NCBI GenBank assembly: GCA_964016885.1
Contig: OZ024741.1
Span: 258,540,001-258,604,000 of the forward strand
Reading direction: 5' to 3'
Source: Eledone cirrhosa
Taxonomy: Eukaryota
Length of the DNA: 64,000 nt
Shown: in pieces, positions 1 to 12,100 of the stretch
How positions within the stretch are numbered: the first letter of the stretch is position 1
Layout: each line of letters starts with the position of its first letter
Made by a program: the position numbers and the translations under genes
The notes under the pieces: model-generated
What the model was told of the DNA's origin: nothing
The model's database searches: none
What the model saw: only the letters and a program-made list of their open reading frames with translations

Positions 1-3000
1 GTTGCTGTTTTATCTGTCAGTGCCAGTGTTGTAGTTGTTGCTGTTTTCTGTGTCAGTGCCAGTGTTGTTGTTGTTGCTGTTTTCTCTGTCAGTGCCAGTG
101 TTGTTGTAGTTGTTGCTGTTTTCTCTGTCAGTGCCAGTGTTGTTGTAGTTGTTGCTGTTTTCTGTGTCAGTGCCGGTGTTGTTGTTGTTGCTGTTTTCTC
201 TGTCAGTCCCAGTGTTGTTGTTGTTGCTGTTTTCTGTGTCAGTGCCAGTGTTGTTGTTGTTGCTGTTTTCTCTGTCAGTGCCAGTGCTGTTGTTGTTGCT
301 GTTTTCTGTGTCAGTGCCGGTGTTGTTGTTGTTGCTGTTTTCTCTGTCAGTGCCAGTGTTGTTGTTGTTGCTGTTTTCTGTGTCAGTGCCAGTGTTGTTG
401 TTGCTGTTTTCTGTGTCAGTGCCAGTGTTGTTGTAGTTGTTGCTGTTTTCTCTGTCAGTGCCAGTGTTGTTGTAGTTGTTGCTGTTTTCTGTGTCAGTGC
501 CGGTGTTGTTGTTGCTGTTTTCTCTGTCAGTGCCAGTGTTGTTGTTGTTGCTGTTTTCTGTGTCAGTGCCAGTGTTGTTGTAGTTGTTGCTGTTTTCTCT
601 GTCAGTGACAGTGTTGTTGTTGTTGCTGCTTTCTCTGTCAGTGTCAGTGTTGTAGTTGTTGCTGTTTTCTCTGTCAGTGCCAGTGTTGTTGTTGTTGTTG
701 CTGTTTTCTGTGTCAGTGCCAGTGTTGTTGTTGTTGCTGTTTTCTGTGTCAGTGCCAGTGTTGTTGTTGTTGCTGTTTTCTCTGTCAGTGCCAGTGTTGT
801 TGCTGTTGCTCTTTTCACTGTCAGTGCCAGTGTTGTTGTTGCTGTTTTCTGTGTCAGTGCCAGTGTTGTTGTTGTTTATGTTTTCTGTGTCAGTGCCAGT
901 GTTGTTGTTGTTACTGTTGCTGTTTTCTGTGTCAGTTCCAGTGTTGCTGTTGCTGTTTTCTGTGCCAGTGCCAGTGTTATTGTTGCTGTTGTTGCTGTTT
1001 TCTGTGTCAGTGCCACGGTTGTTGTTGCTGTTGTTGCTGTTTTCTGCGTCAGTGCCAGTGTTGTTGTTGCTGTTGTTGCTGTTTTCTGTGTCAGTGCCAG
1101 TGTTTTTGTTGCTGTTGTTGCTGTTTTCCGTGACAGTGTTGTTGTAGTTGTTGCTGTTTTCTGTGTCAGTGCCGGTGTTGTTGTTGTTGCTGTTTTCTCT
1201 GTCAGTGCCAGTGTTGTTGTTGTTGCTGTTTTCTGTGTCAGTGCCAGTGTTGTTGTAGTTGTTGCTGTTTTCTGTGTCAGTGCCAGTGTTGTTGTAGTTG
1301 TTGCTGTTTTCTGTGTCAGTGCCAGTGTTGTTGTAGTTGTTGCTGTTTTCACTGTCAGTGCCAGTGTTGTTGTAGTTGTTGCTGTTTTCTGTGTCAGTGC
1401 CAGTGTTGTTGTTGCTGTTTTCTCTGTCAGTGCCAGTGTTGTTGTAGTTGTTGCTGTTTTCTGTGTCAGTGCCAGTGTTGTTGTAGTTGTTGCTGTTTTC
1501 TCTGTCAGTGCCAGTGTTGTTGTAGTTGTTGCTGTTTTCTGTGTCAGTGCCAGTGTTGTTGTTGCTGTTTTCTCTGTCAGTGCCAGTGTTGTTGTTGCTG
1601 TTGTTGCTGTTTTCTGTGTCAGTGCCAGTGTTGTTGCTGTTGCTGTTTTCTCTGTCAGTGCCAGTGTTGTTGTAGTTGTTGCTGTTTTCTCTGTCAGTGC
1701 CAATGTTGTAGTTGTTGCTGTTTTCTGTGTCAGTGCCAGTGTTGTTGTTGTTGCTGTTTTCTCTGTCAGTGCCAGTGTTGTTGTAGTTGTTGCTGTTTTC
1801 TCTGTCAGTGCCAGTGTTGTTGTAGTTGTTGCTGTTTTCTGTGTCAGTGCCGGTGTTGTTGTTGTTGCTGTTTTCTCTGTCAGTGCCAGTGTTGTTGTTG
1901 TTGCTGTTTTCTCTGTCAGTGCCAGTGTTTTTGTTGTTGCTGTTTTCTGTGTCAGTGCCAGTGTTGTTGTTGTTGCTATTTTCACTGTCAGTGCCAGTGT
2001 TGTTGCTGTTGCTGTTTTCTATGTCAGTGCCAGTGATGTTGTAGTTGTTGCTGTTTTCTGTGTTAGTGCCATTGTTGTTGTAGTTGTTGCTGTTTTCTGT
2101 GTCAGTGCCAGTGTTGTTGCTGTTGCTGTTTTCTCTGTCAGTGCCAGTGTTGTTGTAGTTGTTGCTGCTTTCTCTGTCAGTGCCAGTGTTGTTGTAGTTG
2201 TTTCTGTTTTCTGTGTCAGTGCCATTGTTATTGCTGTTGTTGCTGTTTTCTGTGTCAGTGCCAGTGTTGTTGTTGTTGCTGTTTTCTCTGTCAGTGCCAG
2301 TGTTGTTGTTGCTGTTTTCTCTGTCAGTGCCAGTGTTGTTGTTGTTGCTGTTTTCTGTGTCAGAGCCATTGTTATTGCTGTTATTGCTGTTTTCTGTGTC
2401 AGTGCCAGTGTTGTTGTTGTTGTTGTTTTCTCTGTCAGTGCCAGTGTTGTTGTTGCTGTTTTATCTGTCAGTGCCAGTGTTGTAGTTGTTGCTGTTTTCT
2501 GTGTCTGTGCCAGTGTTGTTGTTGTTGCTGTTTTCTCAGTCAGTGTCAGTGTTGTTGTAGTTGTTGCTGTTTTCTCTGTCAGTGCCAGTGTTGTTGTAGT
2601 TGTTGCTGTTTTCTGTGTCAGTGCCGGTGTTGTTGTTGTTGCTGTTTTCTCTGTCAGTGCCAGTGTTGTTGTTGTTGCTGTTTTCTGTGTCAGTGCCAGT
2701 GTTGTTGTTGTTGCTGTTTTCTGTGTCAGTGCCAGTGTTGTTGTTGTTGCTGTTTCCTGTGTCAGTGCCAGCGTTGTTGTACTTGTTGCTGTTTTCTGTG
2801 TCAGTGCCAGTGTTGTTGTAGTTGTTGCTGTTTTCTCTGTCAGTGCCAGTGTTGTTGTAGTTGTTGCTGTTTTCTCTGTCAGTGCCAGTGTTGTTGTAGT
2901 TGTTGCTGTTTTCTGTGTCAGTGCCAGTGTTTTTGTTGTTGCTGTTTTCTCTGTCAGTGCCAGTGTTGTTGTAGTTGTTGCTGTTTTCTCTGTCAGTGCC

Positions 3001-6000
3001 AGTGTTGTTGTAATTGTTGCTGTTTTCTGTGTCAGTGCCAGTGTTGTTGCTGTTGTTGCTGTTTTCTGTGTCAGTGCCAGTGTTGTTGTTGTTGCTGTTT
3101 TCTGTGTCAGTGCCAGTGTTGTTGTTGCTATTTTCACTGTCAGTGCCAGTGTTGTTGTAGTTGTTGCTGTTTTCTGTGTCAGTGCCAGTGTTGTTGTTGT
3201 TGCTGTTTTCTCTGTCAGTGCCAGTGTTGTTGTAGCTGTTGCTGTTTTCTGTGTCAGTGCCAGTGTTGTTGTAGTTGTTGCTGTTTTCTGTGTCAGTGCC
3301 AGTGTTGTTGTAGTTGTTGCTGTTTTCTCTGTCAGTGCCAGTGTTGTTGTAGTTGTTACTGTTTTCTCTGTCAGTGCCAGTGTTGTTGTAGTTGTTGCTG
3401 TTTTCTGTGTCAGTGCCAGTGTTGTTGTTGTTGCTGTTTTCTCTGTCAGTGCCAGTGTTGTTGTAGTTGTTGCTGTTTTCTCTGTCAGTGCCAGTGTTGT
3501 TGTAGTTGTTGCTGTTTTCTGTGTCAGTGCCAGTGTTGTTGTAGTTGTTGCTGTTTTCTCTGTCAGTGCCAGTGTTGTTGTTGTTGTTGCTGTTTTCTCT
3601 GTCAGTGCCAGTGTTGTAGTTGTTGCTGTTTTCTCTGTCAGTGCCAGTGTTGTTGTAGTTGTTGCTGTTTTCTGTGTCAGTGCCAGTGTTGTTGTTGTTG
3701 CTGTTTTCTGTGTCAGTGCCAGTGTTGTTGTTGTTGCTATTTTCACTGTCAGTGCCAGTGTTGTTGCTGTTGCTGTTTTCTCTGTCAGTGCCAGTGTTGT
3801 TGTAGTTGTTGCTGCTTTCTCTGTCAGTGCCAGTGTTGTTGTAGTTGTTGCTGTTTTCTGTGTCAGTGCCAGTGTTGTTGTTGTTGCTGTTTTCTCTGTC
3901 AATGCCAGTGTTGTTGTAGTTGTTGCTGTTTTCTGTGTCAGTGCCACTGTTGTTGTTGCTGTTTTCTGTGTCAGTGCCAGTGTTGTTGTTGTTGCTGTTT
4001 TCTCTGTCAGTGCCAGTGTTGTTGTTGTTGTTTTCTCTGTCAGTGCCAGTGTTGTTGTTGTTGCTGTTTTCTGTGTCAGTGCCATTGTTATTGCTGTTGT
4101 TGCTGTTTTCTGTGTCAGTGCCAGTGTTGTTGTTGCTGTTGTTGCTGTTTTCTGTGTCAGTGCCAGTGTTGTTGCTGTTGCTGTTTTCTCTGTCAGTGGC
4201 AGTGTTGTTGTTGTTGTTGCTGTTTTCTGTGTCAGTGCCGGTGTTGTTGTTGTTGCTGTTTTCTCTGTCAGAGCCAGTGTTGTTGTTGTTGCTGTTTTCT
4301 GTGTCAGTGCCAGTGTTGTTGTTGCTGTTTTCTGTGTCAGTGCCAGTGTTGTTGTTGTTGCTGTTTTCTGTGTCAGTGCCAGTGTTGTTGTAGTTGTTAC
4401 TGTTTTCTGTGTCAGTGCCAGTGTTGTTGTAGTTGTTGCTGTTTTCTCTGTCAGTGCCAGTGTTGTTGTAGTTGTTGCTGTTTTCTGTGTCAGTGCCAGT
4501 GTTGTTGTAGTTGTTGCTGTTTTCTCTTTCAGTGCCAGTGTTGTTGTAGTTGTTGCTGTTTTCTCTGTCAGTGCCAGTGTTGTTGTAGTTGTTACTGTTT
4601 TCTGTGTCAGTGCCAGTGTTGTTGTAGTTGTTGCTGTTTTCTGTGTCAGTGCCAGTCTTGTTGTTGTTGTTGTTTTCTCTGTCAGTGCCAGTGTTGTTGT
4701 AGTTGTTGCTGTTTTCTCTGTCAGTGCCAGTTTTGTTGTAGTTGTTGCTGTTTTCTGTGTCAGTGCCAGTGTTGTTGTAGTTGTTGCTGTTTTCTCTGTC
4801 AGTGCCAGTGTTGTTGTTGCTGTTTTCTCTGTCAGTGCCAGTGTTGTAGTTGTTGATGTTTTCTCTGTCAGTGCCAGTGTTGTAGTTGTTGATGTTTTGT
4901 CTGTCAGTGCCAGTGTTGTTGTTGTTGCTATTTTCACTGTCAGTGCCAGTGTTGTTGTTGCTGTTGTTGCTGTTTTCTGTGTCAGTGCCAGTGTTGTTGT
5001 TGCTGTTGTTGCTGTTTTCCGTGCCAGTGTTGTTGTAGTTGTTGCTGTTGCTGTTTTCTGTGTCAGTGCCAGTGTTCTTGCTGTTGCTGTTTTCTGTGTC
5101 AGTGCCAGTGTTGTTGTTGTTACTGTTGCTGTTTTCTGTGTCAGTTCCAGTGTTGTTGTTGTTGTTGCTGTTGCTGTTTTCTGTGCCAGTGCCAGTGTTA
5201 TTGTTGCTGTTGTTGCTGTTTTCCGTGCCAGTGTTGTTGTAGTTGTTGCTGTTGCTGTTTTCTGTGTCAGTGCCAGTGTTCTTGCTGTTGCTGTTTTCTG
5301 TGTCAGTGCCAGTGTTGTTGTTGTTACTGTTGCTGTTTTCTGTGCCAGTGCCAGTGTTATTGTTGCTGTTGTTGCTGTTTTCTCTGTCAGTGCCAGTGTT
5401 GTTGTAGTTGTTGCTGTTTTCTGTGTCAGTGCCAGTGTTGTTGTAGTTGTTGCTGTTTTCTCTGTCAGTGACAGTGTTGTTGTTGTTGCTGCTTTCTCTG
5501 TCAGTGTCAGTGTTGTAGTTGTTGCTGTTTTCTCTGTCAGTGCCAGTGTTGTTGTTGTTGTTGCTGTTTTCTGTGTCAGTGCCAGTGTTGTTGTTGTTGC
5601 CGTTTTCTGTGTCAGTGCCAGTGTTGTTGTTGTTGCTGTTTTCTCTGTCAGTGCCAGTGTTGTTGCTGTTGCTATTTTCACAGTCAGTGCCAGTGTTGTT
5701 GTTGCTGTTTTCTGTGTCAGTGCCAGTGATGTTGTTGTTGCTGTTTTCTGTGTCTGTGCCAGTGTTGTTGTTGTTACTGTTGCTGTTTTCTGTGTCAGTT
5801 CCAGTGTTGCTGTTGCTGTTTTCTGTGCCAGTGCCAGTGTTATTGTTGCTGTTGTTGCTGTTTTCTGTGTCAGTGCCACGGTTGTTGTTGCTGTTGTTGC
5901 TGTTTTCTGTGTCAGTGCCAGTGTTGTTGTTGCTGTTGTTGCTGTTTTCTGTGTCAGTGCCAGTGTTGATGTTGCTGTTGTTGCTGTTTTCCGTGCCAGT

Positions 6001-9000
6001 GTTGTTGTAGTTGTTGCTGTTTTCTGTGTCAGTGCCGGTGTTGTTGTTGTTGCTGTTTTCTCTGTCAGTGCCAGTGTTGTTGTTGTTGCTGTTTTCTGTG
6101 TCAGTGCCAGTGTTGTTGTAGTTGTTGCTGTTTTCTGTGTCAGTGCCAGTGTTGTTGTAGTTGTTGCTGTTTTCCGTGTCAGTGCCAGTGTTGTTGTAGT
6201 TGTTGCTGTTTTCTCTGTCAGTGCCAGTGTTGTTGTAGTTGTTGCTGTTTTCTCTGTCAGTGCCAGTGTTGTTGTAGTTGTTGCTGTTTTCTCTGTCAGT
6301 GCCAGTGTTGTTGTAGTTGTTGCTGTTTTCTGTGTCAGTGCCAGTGTTGTTGTTGCTGTTTTCTCTGTCAGTGCCAGTGTTGTTGTAGTTGTTGCTGTTT
6401 TCTGTGTCAGTGCCAGTGTTGTTGTAGTTGTTGCTGTTTTCTCTGTCAGTGCCAGCGTTGTTGTAGTTGTTGCTGTTTTCTGTGCCAGTGTCAGTGTTGT
6501 TGTTGCTGTTTTCTCTGTCAGTGCCAGTGTTGTTGTTGCTGTTGTTGCTGTTTTCTGTGTCAGTGCCAGTGTTGTTGCTGTTGCTGTTTTCTCTGTCAGT
6601 GCCAGTGTTGTTGTAGTTGTTGCTGTTTTCTCTGTCAGTGCCAGTGTTGTAGTTGTTGCTGTTTTCTGTGTCAGTGCCAGTGTTGTTGTTGTTGCTGTTT
6701 TCTCTGTCAGTGCCAGTGTTGTTGTAGTTGTTGCTGTTTTCTCTGTCAGTGCCAGTGTTGTTGTAGTTGTTGCTGTTTTCTCTGTCAGTGCCGGTGTTGT
6801 TGTTGTTGCTGTTTTCTCTGTCAGTGCCAGTGTTGTTGTTGTTGCTGTTTTCTCTGTCAGTGCCAGTGTTTTTGTTGTTGCTGTTTTCTGTGTCAGTGCC
6901 AGTGTGTTTGTTGTTGCTGTTTTCTGTGTCAGTGCCAGTGTTGTTGTAGTTGTTGCTGTTTTCTGTGTCAGTGCCAGTGTTGTTGTAGTTGTTGCTTTTT
7001 TCAGTGTCAGTGCCAGTGTTGTTGTAGTTGTTGCTGTTTTCTCTGTCAGTGCCAGTTTTGTTGTAGTTGTTGCTGTTTTCTGTGTCAGTGCCAGTGTTGT
7101 TGTAGTTGTTGCTGTTTTCTTTGTCAGTGCCAGTGTTGTTGTTGTTGCTGTTTTCTCTGTCAGTGCCAGTGTTGTAGTTGTTGCTGTTTTCTCTGTCAGT
7201 GCCAGTGTTGTTGTTGTTGTTGCTGTTTTCTCTGTCAGTGCCAGTGTTGTTGTTGTTGCTATTTTCAATGTCAGTGCCAGTGTTGTTGTTGTTGCTATTT
7301 TCACTGTCAGTGCCAGTGTTGTTGTTGTTGTTGTTACTGTTGCTGTTTTCTGTGTCAGTGCCAGATTTGTTGTTGTTACTGTTGCTGTTTTCTGTGCCAG
7401 TGTTATTGTTGCTGTTGTTGCTGTTTTGTCTGTCAGTGCCAGTGTTGTAGTTGTTGCTGTTTTCTCTGTCAGTGCCAGTGTTGTTGTAGTTGTTGCTGTT
7501 TTCTGTGTCAGTGCCAGAGTTGTTGTTGTTGCTGTTTTCTGTGTCAGTGCCAGTGTTGTTGTTGTTGCTATTTTCACTGTCAGTGCCAGTGTTGTTGCTG
7601 TTGCTGTTTTCTCTGTCAGTGCCAGTGATGTTGTAGTTGTTGCTGTTTTCTGTGTCAGTGCCAGTGTTGTTGTAGTTGTTGCTGTTTTCTCTGTCAGTGC
7701 CAGTGTTGTTGTTGTTGCTGTTTTCTGTGTCAGTGCCAGTGTTGTTGTTGTTGCTGTTTTCTGTGTCTGCCAGTGTTGTTGTTGTTGCTGTTTTCTCTGT
7801 CAGTGCCAGTGTTGTTGTAGTTGTTGCTGTTTTCTCTGTCAGTGCCAGTGTTGTTGTAGTTGTTGCTGTTTTCTGTGTCAGTGCCGTTGTTGTTGTTGTT
7901 GCTGTTTTCTCTGTCAGTGCCAGTGTTGTTGTTGTTGCTGTTTTCTGTGTCAGTGCCAGTGTTGTTGTTGCTGTTTTCTGTGTCAGTGCCAGTGTTGTTG
8001 TTGTTGCTGTTTTCTGTGTCAGTGCCAGTGTTGTTGTAGTTGTTGCTGTTTTCTGTGTCAGTGCCAGTGTTGTAGTTGTTGCTGTTTTCTCTGTCAGTGC
8101 CAGTGTTTTAGTTATTGCTGTTTTCTCTGTCAGTGCCAGTGTTGTTGTAGTTGTTGCTGTTTTCTCTGTCAGTGCCAGTGTTGTAGTTGTTGCTGTTTTC
8201 TCTGTCAGTGCCAATGTTGTTGTAGTTGTTGCTGTTTTCTGTGTCAGTGCCAGTGTTGTTGTTGTTGCTATTTTCACTGTCAGTGCCAGTGTTGTTGCTG
8301 TTGCTGTTTTCTCTGTCAGTGCCAGTGATGTTGTAGTTGTTGCTGTTTTCTGTGTTAGTGCCAGTGTTGTTGTAGTTGTCGCTGTTTTCTGTGTCAGTGC
8401 CAGTGTTGTTGCTGTTGCTGTTTTCTCTGTCAGTGCCAGTGTTGTTGTAGTTGTTGCTGCTTTCTCTGTCAGTGCCACTGTTGTTGTAGTTGTTGCTGTT
8501 TTCTGTGTCAGTGCCAGTGTTGTTGTTGTTGCTGTTTTCTCTGTCAATGCCAGTGTTGTTGTAGTTGTTGCTGTTTTCTGTGTCAGTGCCACTGTTGTTG
8601 TTGCTGTTTTCTGTGTCAGTGCCAGTGTTGTTGTTGTTGCTGTTTTCTCTGTCAGTGCCAGTGTTGTTGTTGTTGTTTTCTCTGTCAGTGCCAGTGTTGT
8701 TGTTGTTGCTGTTTTCTGTGTCAGTGCCATTGTTATTGCTGTTGTTGCTATTTTCTGTGTCAGTGGCAGTGTTGTTGTTGCTGTTGTTGCTGTTTTCTGT
8801 GTCAGTGCCAGTGTTGTTGCTGTTGCTGTTTTCTCTGTCAGTGCCAGTGTTGTTGTAGTTGTTGCTGTTTTATCTGTCAGTGCCAGTGTTGTAGTTGTTG
8901 CTGTTTTCTGTGTCAGTGCCAGTGTTGTCGTTGTTGCTGTTTTCTCTGTCAGTGCCAGTGTTGTTGTAGTTGTTGCTGTTTTCTCTGTCAGTGCCAGTGT

Positions 9001-9144
9001 TGTTGTAGTTGTTGCTGTTTTCTGTGTCAGTGCCGGTGTTGTTGTTGTTGCTGTTTTCTCTGTCAGTGCCAGTGTTGTTGTTGTTGCTGTTTTCTGTGTC
9101 AGTGCCAGTGTTGTTGTTGTTGCTGTTTTCTGTGTCAGTGCCGG

Positions 9145-12100
9145 TGTTGTTGTTGTTGCTGTTTTCTCTGTCAGTGCCAGTGTTGTTTTTGTTGCTGTTT
9201 TCTGTGTCAGTGCCAGTGTTGTTGTTGCTGTTTTCTGTGTCAGTGCCAGTGTTGTTGTTGTTGCTGTTTTCTGTGTCAGTGCCAGTGTTGTTGTAGTTGT
9301 TGCTGTTTTCTGTGTCAGTGCCAGTGTTGTTGTAGTTGTTGCTGTTTTCTCTGTCAGTGCCAGTGTTGTTGTAGTTGTTGCTGTTTTCTCTGTCAGTGCC
9401 AGTGTTGTTGTAGTTGTTGCTGTTTTCTGTGTCAGTGCCAGTGTTGTTGTAGTTGTTGCTGTTTTCTCTTTCAGTGCCAGTGTTGTTGTAGTTGTTGCTG
9501 TTTTCTCTGTCAGTGCCAGTGTTGTTGTAGTTGTTGCTGTTTTCTGTGTCAGTGCCAGTGTTGTTGTTGCTGTTTTCTCTGTCAGTGCCAGTGTTGTTGT
9601 AGTTGTTGCTGTTTTATGTGTCAGTGCCAGTGTTGTTGTAGTTGTTGCTGTTTTCTCTGTCAGTGCCAGTGTTGTTGTAGTTGTTGCTGTTTTCTGTGTC
9701 AGTGCCAGTGTTGTTGTTGTTGCTGTTTTCTCTGTCAGTGCCAGTGTTGTTGTAGTTGTTGCTGTTTTCTCTGTCAGTGCCAGTTTTGTTGTAGTTGTTG
9801 CTGTTTTCTGTGTCAGTGCCAGTGTTGTTGTAGTTGTTGCTGTTTTCTCTGTCAGTGCCAGTGTTGTTGTTGCTGTTTTCTCTGTCAGTGCCAGTGTTGT
9901 AGTTGTTGATGTTTTCTCTGTCAGTGCCAGTGTTGTAGTTGTTGATGTTTTCTCTGTCAGTGCCAGTGTTGTTGTTGTTGCTATTTTCACTGTCAGTGCC
10001 AGTGTTGTTGTTGTTGCTGTTTTCTGTGTCAGTGCCAGTGTTGTAGTTGTTGCTGTTTTCTGTGTCAATGCCAGTGTTGTTGTTGTTACTGTTGTTGTTT
10101 TCTGTGTCAGTGCCAGTCTTGTTGCTGTTACTGTTGCTGTTTTCTGTGCCAGAGCCAGTGTTATTGTTGCTGTTGTTGCTGTTTTCTGTGTCAGTGCCAC
10201 TGTTGTTGTTGCTGTTGTTGCTGTTTTCTGTGTCAGTGCCAGTGTTGTTGTTGCTGTTGTTGCTGTTTTCTGTGTCAGTGCCAGTGTTGTTGTTGCTGTT
10301 GTTGCTGTTTTCCGTGCCAGTGTTGTTGTAGTTGTTGCTGTTTTCTGTGTCAGTGCCAGTGTTCTTGCTGTTGCTGTTTTCTGTGTCAGTGCCAGTGTTG
10401 TTGTTGTTACTGTTGCTGTTTTCTGTGTCAGTTCCAGTGTTGTTGTTGCTGTTGCTGTTTTCTGTGCCAGTGCCAGTGTTATTGTTGCTGTTGTTGCTGT
10501 TTTCTCTGTCAGTGCCAGTGTTGTTGTAGTTGTTGCTGTTTTCTCTGTCAGTGCCAGTGTTGTTGTAGTTGTTGCTGTTTTCTGTGTCAGTGCCAGTGTT
10601 GTTGTAGTTGTTGCTGTTTTCTCTGTCAGTGACAGTGTTGTTGTTGTTGCTGCTTTCTCTGTCAGTGTCAGTGTTGTAGTTGTTGCTGTTTTCTCTGTCA
10701 GTGCCAGTGTTGTTGTTGCTGTTTTCTGTGTCAGTACCAGTGTTGTTGTTGTTGCTGTTTTCTGTGTCAGTGCCAGTGTTGTTGTTGTTGCTGTTTTCTC
10801 TGTCAGTGCCAGTGTTGTTGCTGTTGCTATTTTCACTGTCAGTGCCAGTGTTGTTGTTGCTGTTTTCTGTGTCAGTGCCAGTGTTGTTGTTGTTGCTGTT
10901 TTCTGTGTCAGTGCCAGTGTTGTTGTTGTTACTGTTCCTGTTTTCTGTGTCAGTTCCAGTGTTGCTGTTGCTGTTTTCTGTGCCAGTGCCAGTGTTATTG
11001 TTGCTGTTGTTGCTGTTTTCTGTGTCAGTGCTACGGTTGTTGTTGCTGTTGTTGCTGTTTTCTGTGTCAGTGCCAGTGTTGTTGTTGCTGTTGTTGCTGT
11101 TTTCTGTGTCAGTGCCAGTGTTGTTGTTGCTGTTGTTGCTGTTTTCCGTGCCAGTGTTGTTGTAGTTGTTGCTGTTTTCTGTGTCAGTGCCGGTGTTGTT
11201 GTTGTTGCTGTTTTCTCTGTCAGTGCCAGTGTTGTTGTTGTTGCTGTTTTCTGTGTCAGTGCCAGTGTTGTTGTAGTTGTTGCTGTTTTCTCTGTCAGTA
11301 CCAGTGTTGTTGTAGTTGTTGCTGTTTTCTGTGTCAGTGCCAGTGTTGTTGTAGTTGTTGCTGTTTTCTCTGTCAGTGCCAGTGTTGTTGTAGTTGTTGC
11401 TGTTTTCTCTGTCAGTGCCAGTGTTGTTGTAGTTGTTGCTGTTTTCTGTGTCAGTGCCAGTGTTGTTGTTGCTGTTTTCTCTGTCAGTGCCAGTGTTGTT
11501 GTAGTTGTTGCTGTTTTCTGTGTCAGTGCCAGTGTTGTTGTAGTTGTTGCTGTTTTCTCTGTCAGTGCCAGTGTTGTTGTAGTTGTTGCTGTTTTCTGTG
11601 CCAGTGCCAGTGTTGTTGTTGCTGTTTTCTCTGTCAGTGCCAGTGTTGTTGTTGCTGTTGTTGCTGTTTTCTGTGTCAGTGCCAGTGTTGTTGCTGTTGC
11701 TGTTTTCTCTGTCAGTGCCAGTGTTGTTGTTGTTGCTGTTTTCTCTGTCAGTGCCAGTGTTTTTGTTGTTGCTGTTTTCTGTGTCAGTGCCAGTGTGTTT
11801 GTTGTTGCTGTTTTCTGTGTCAGTGCCAGTGTTGTTGTAGTTGTTGCTGTTTTCTGTGTCAGTGCCAGTGTTCTTGCTGTTGCTGTTTTCTGTGTCAGTG
11901 CCAGTGTTGTTGTTGTTACTGTTGCTGTTTTCTGTGTCAGTTCCAGTGTTGTTGTTGCTGTTGCTGTTTTCTGTGCCAGTGCCAGTGTTATTGTTGCTGT
12001 TGTTGCTGTTTTCTCTGTCAGTGCCAGTGTTGTTGTAGTTGTTGCTGTTTTCTCTGTCAGTGCCAGTGTTGTTGTAGTTGTTGCTGTTTTCTGTGTCAGT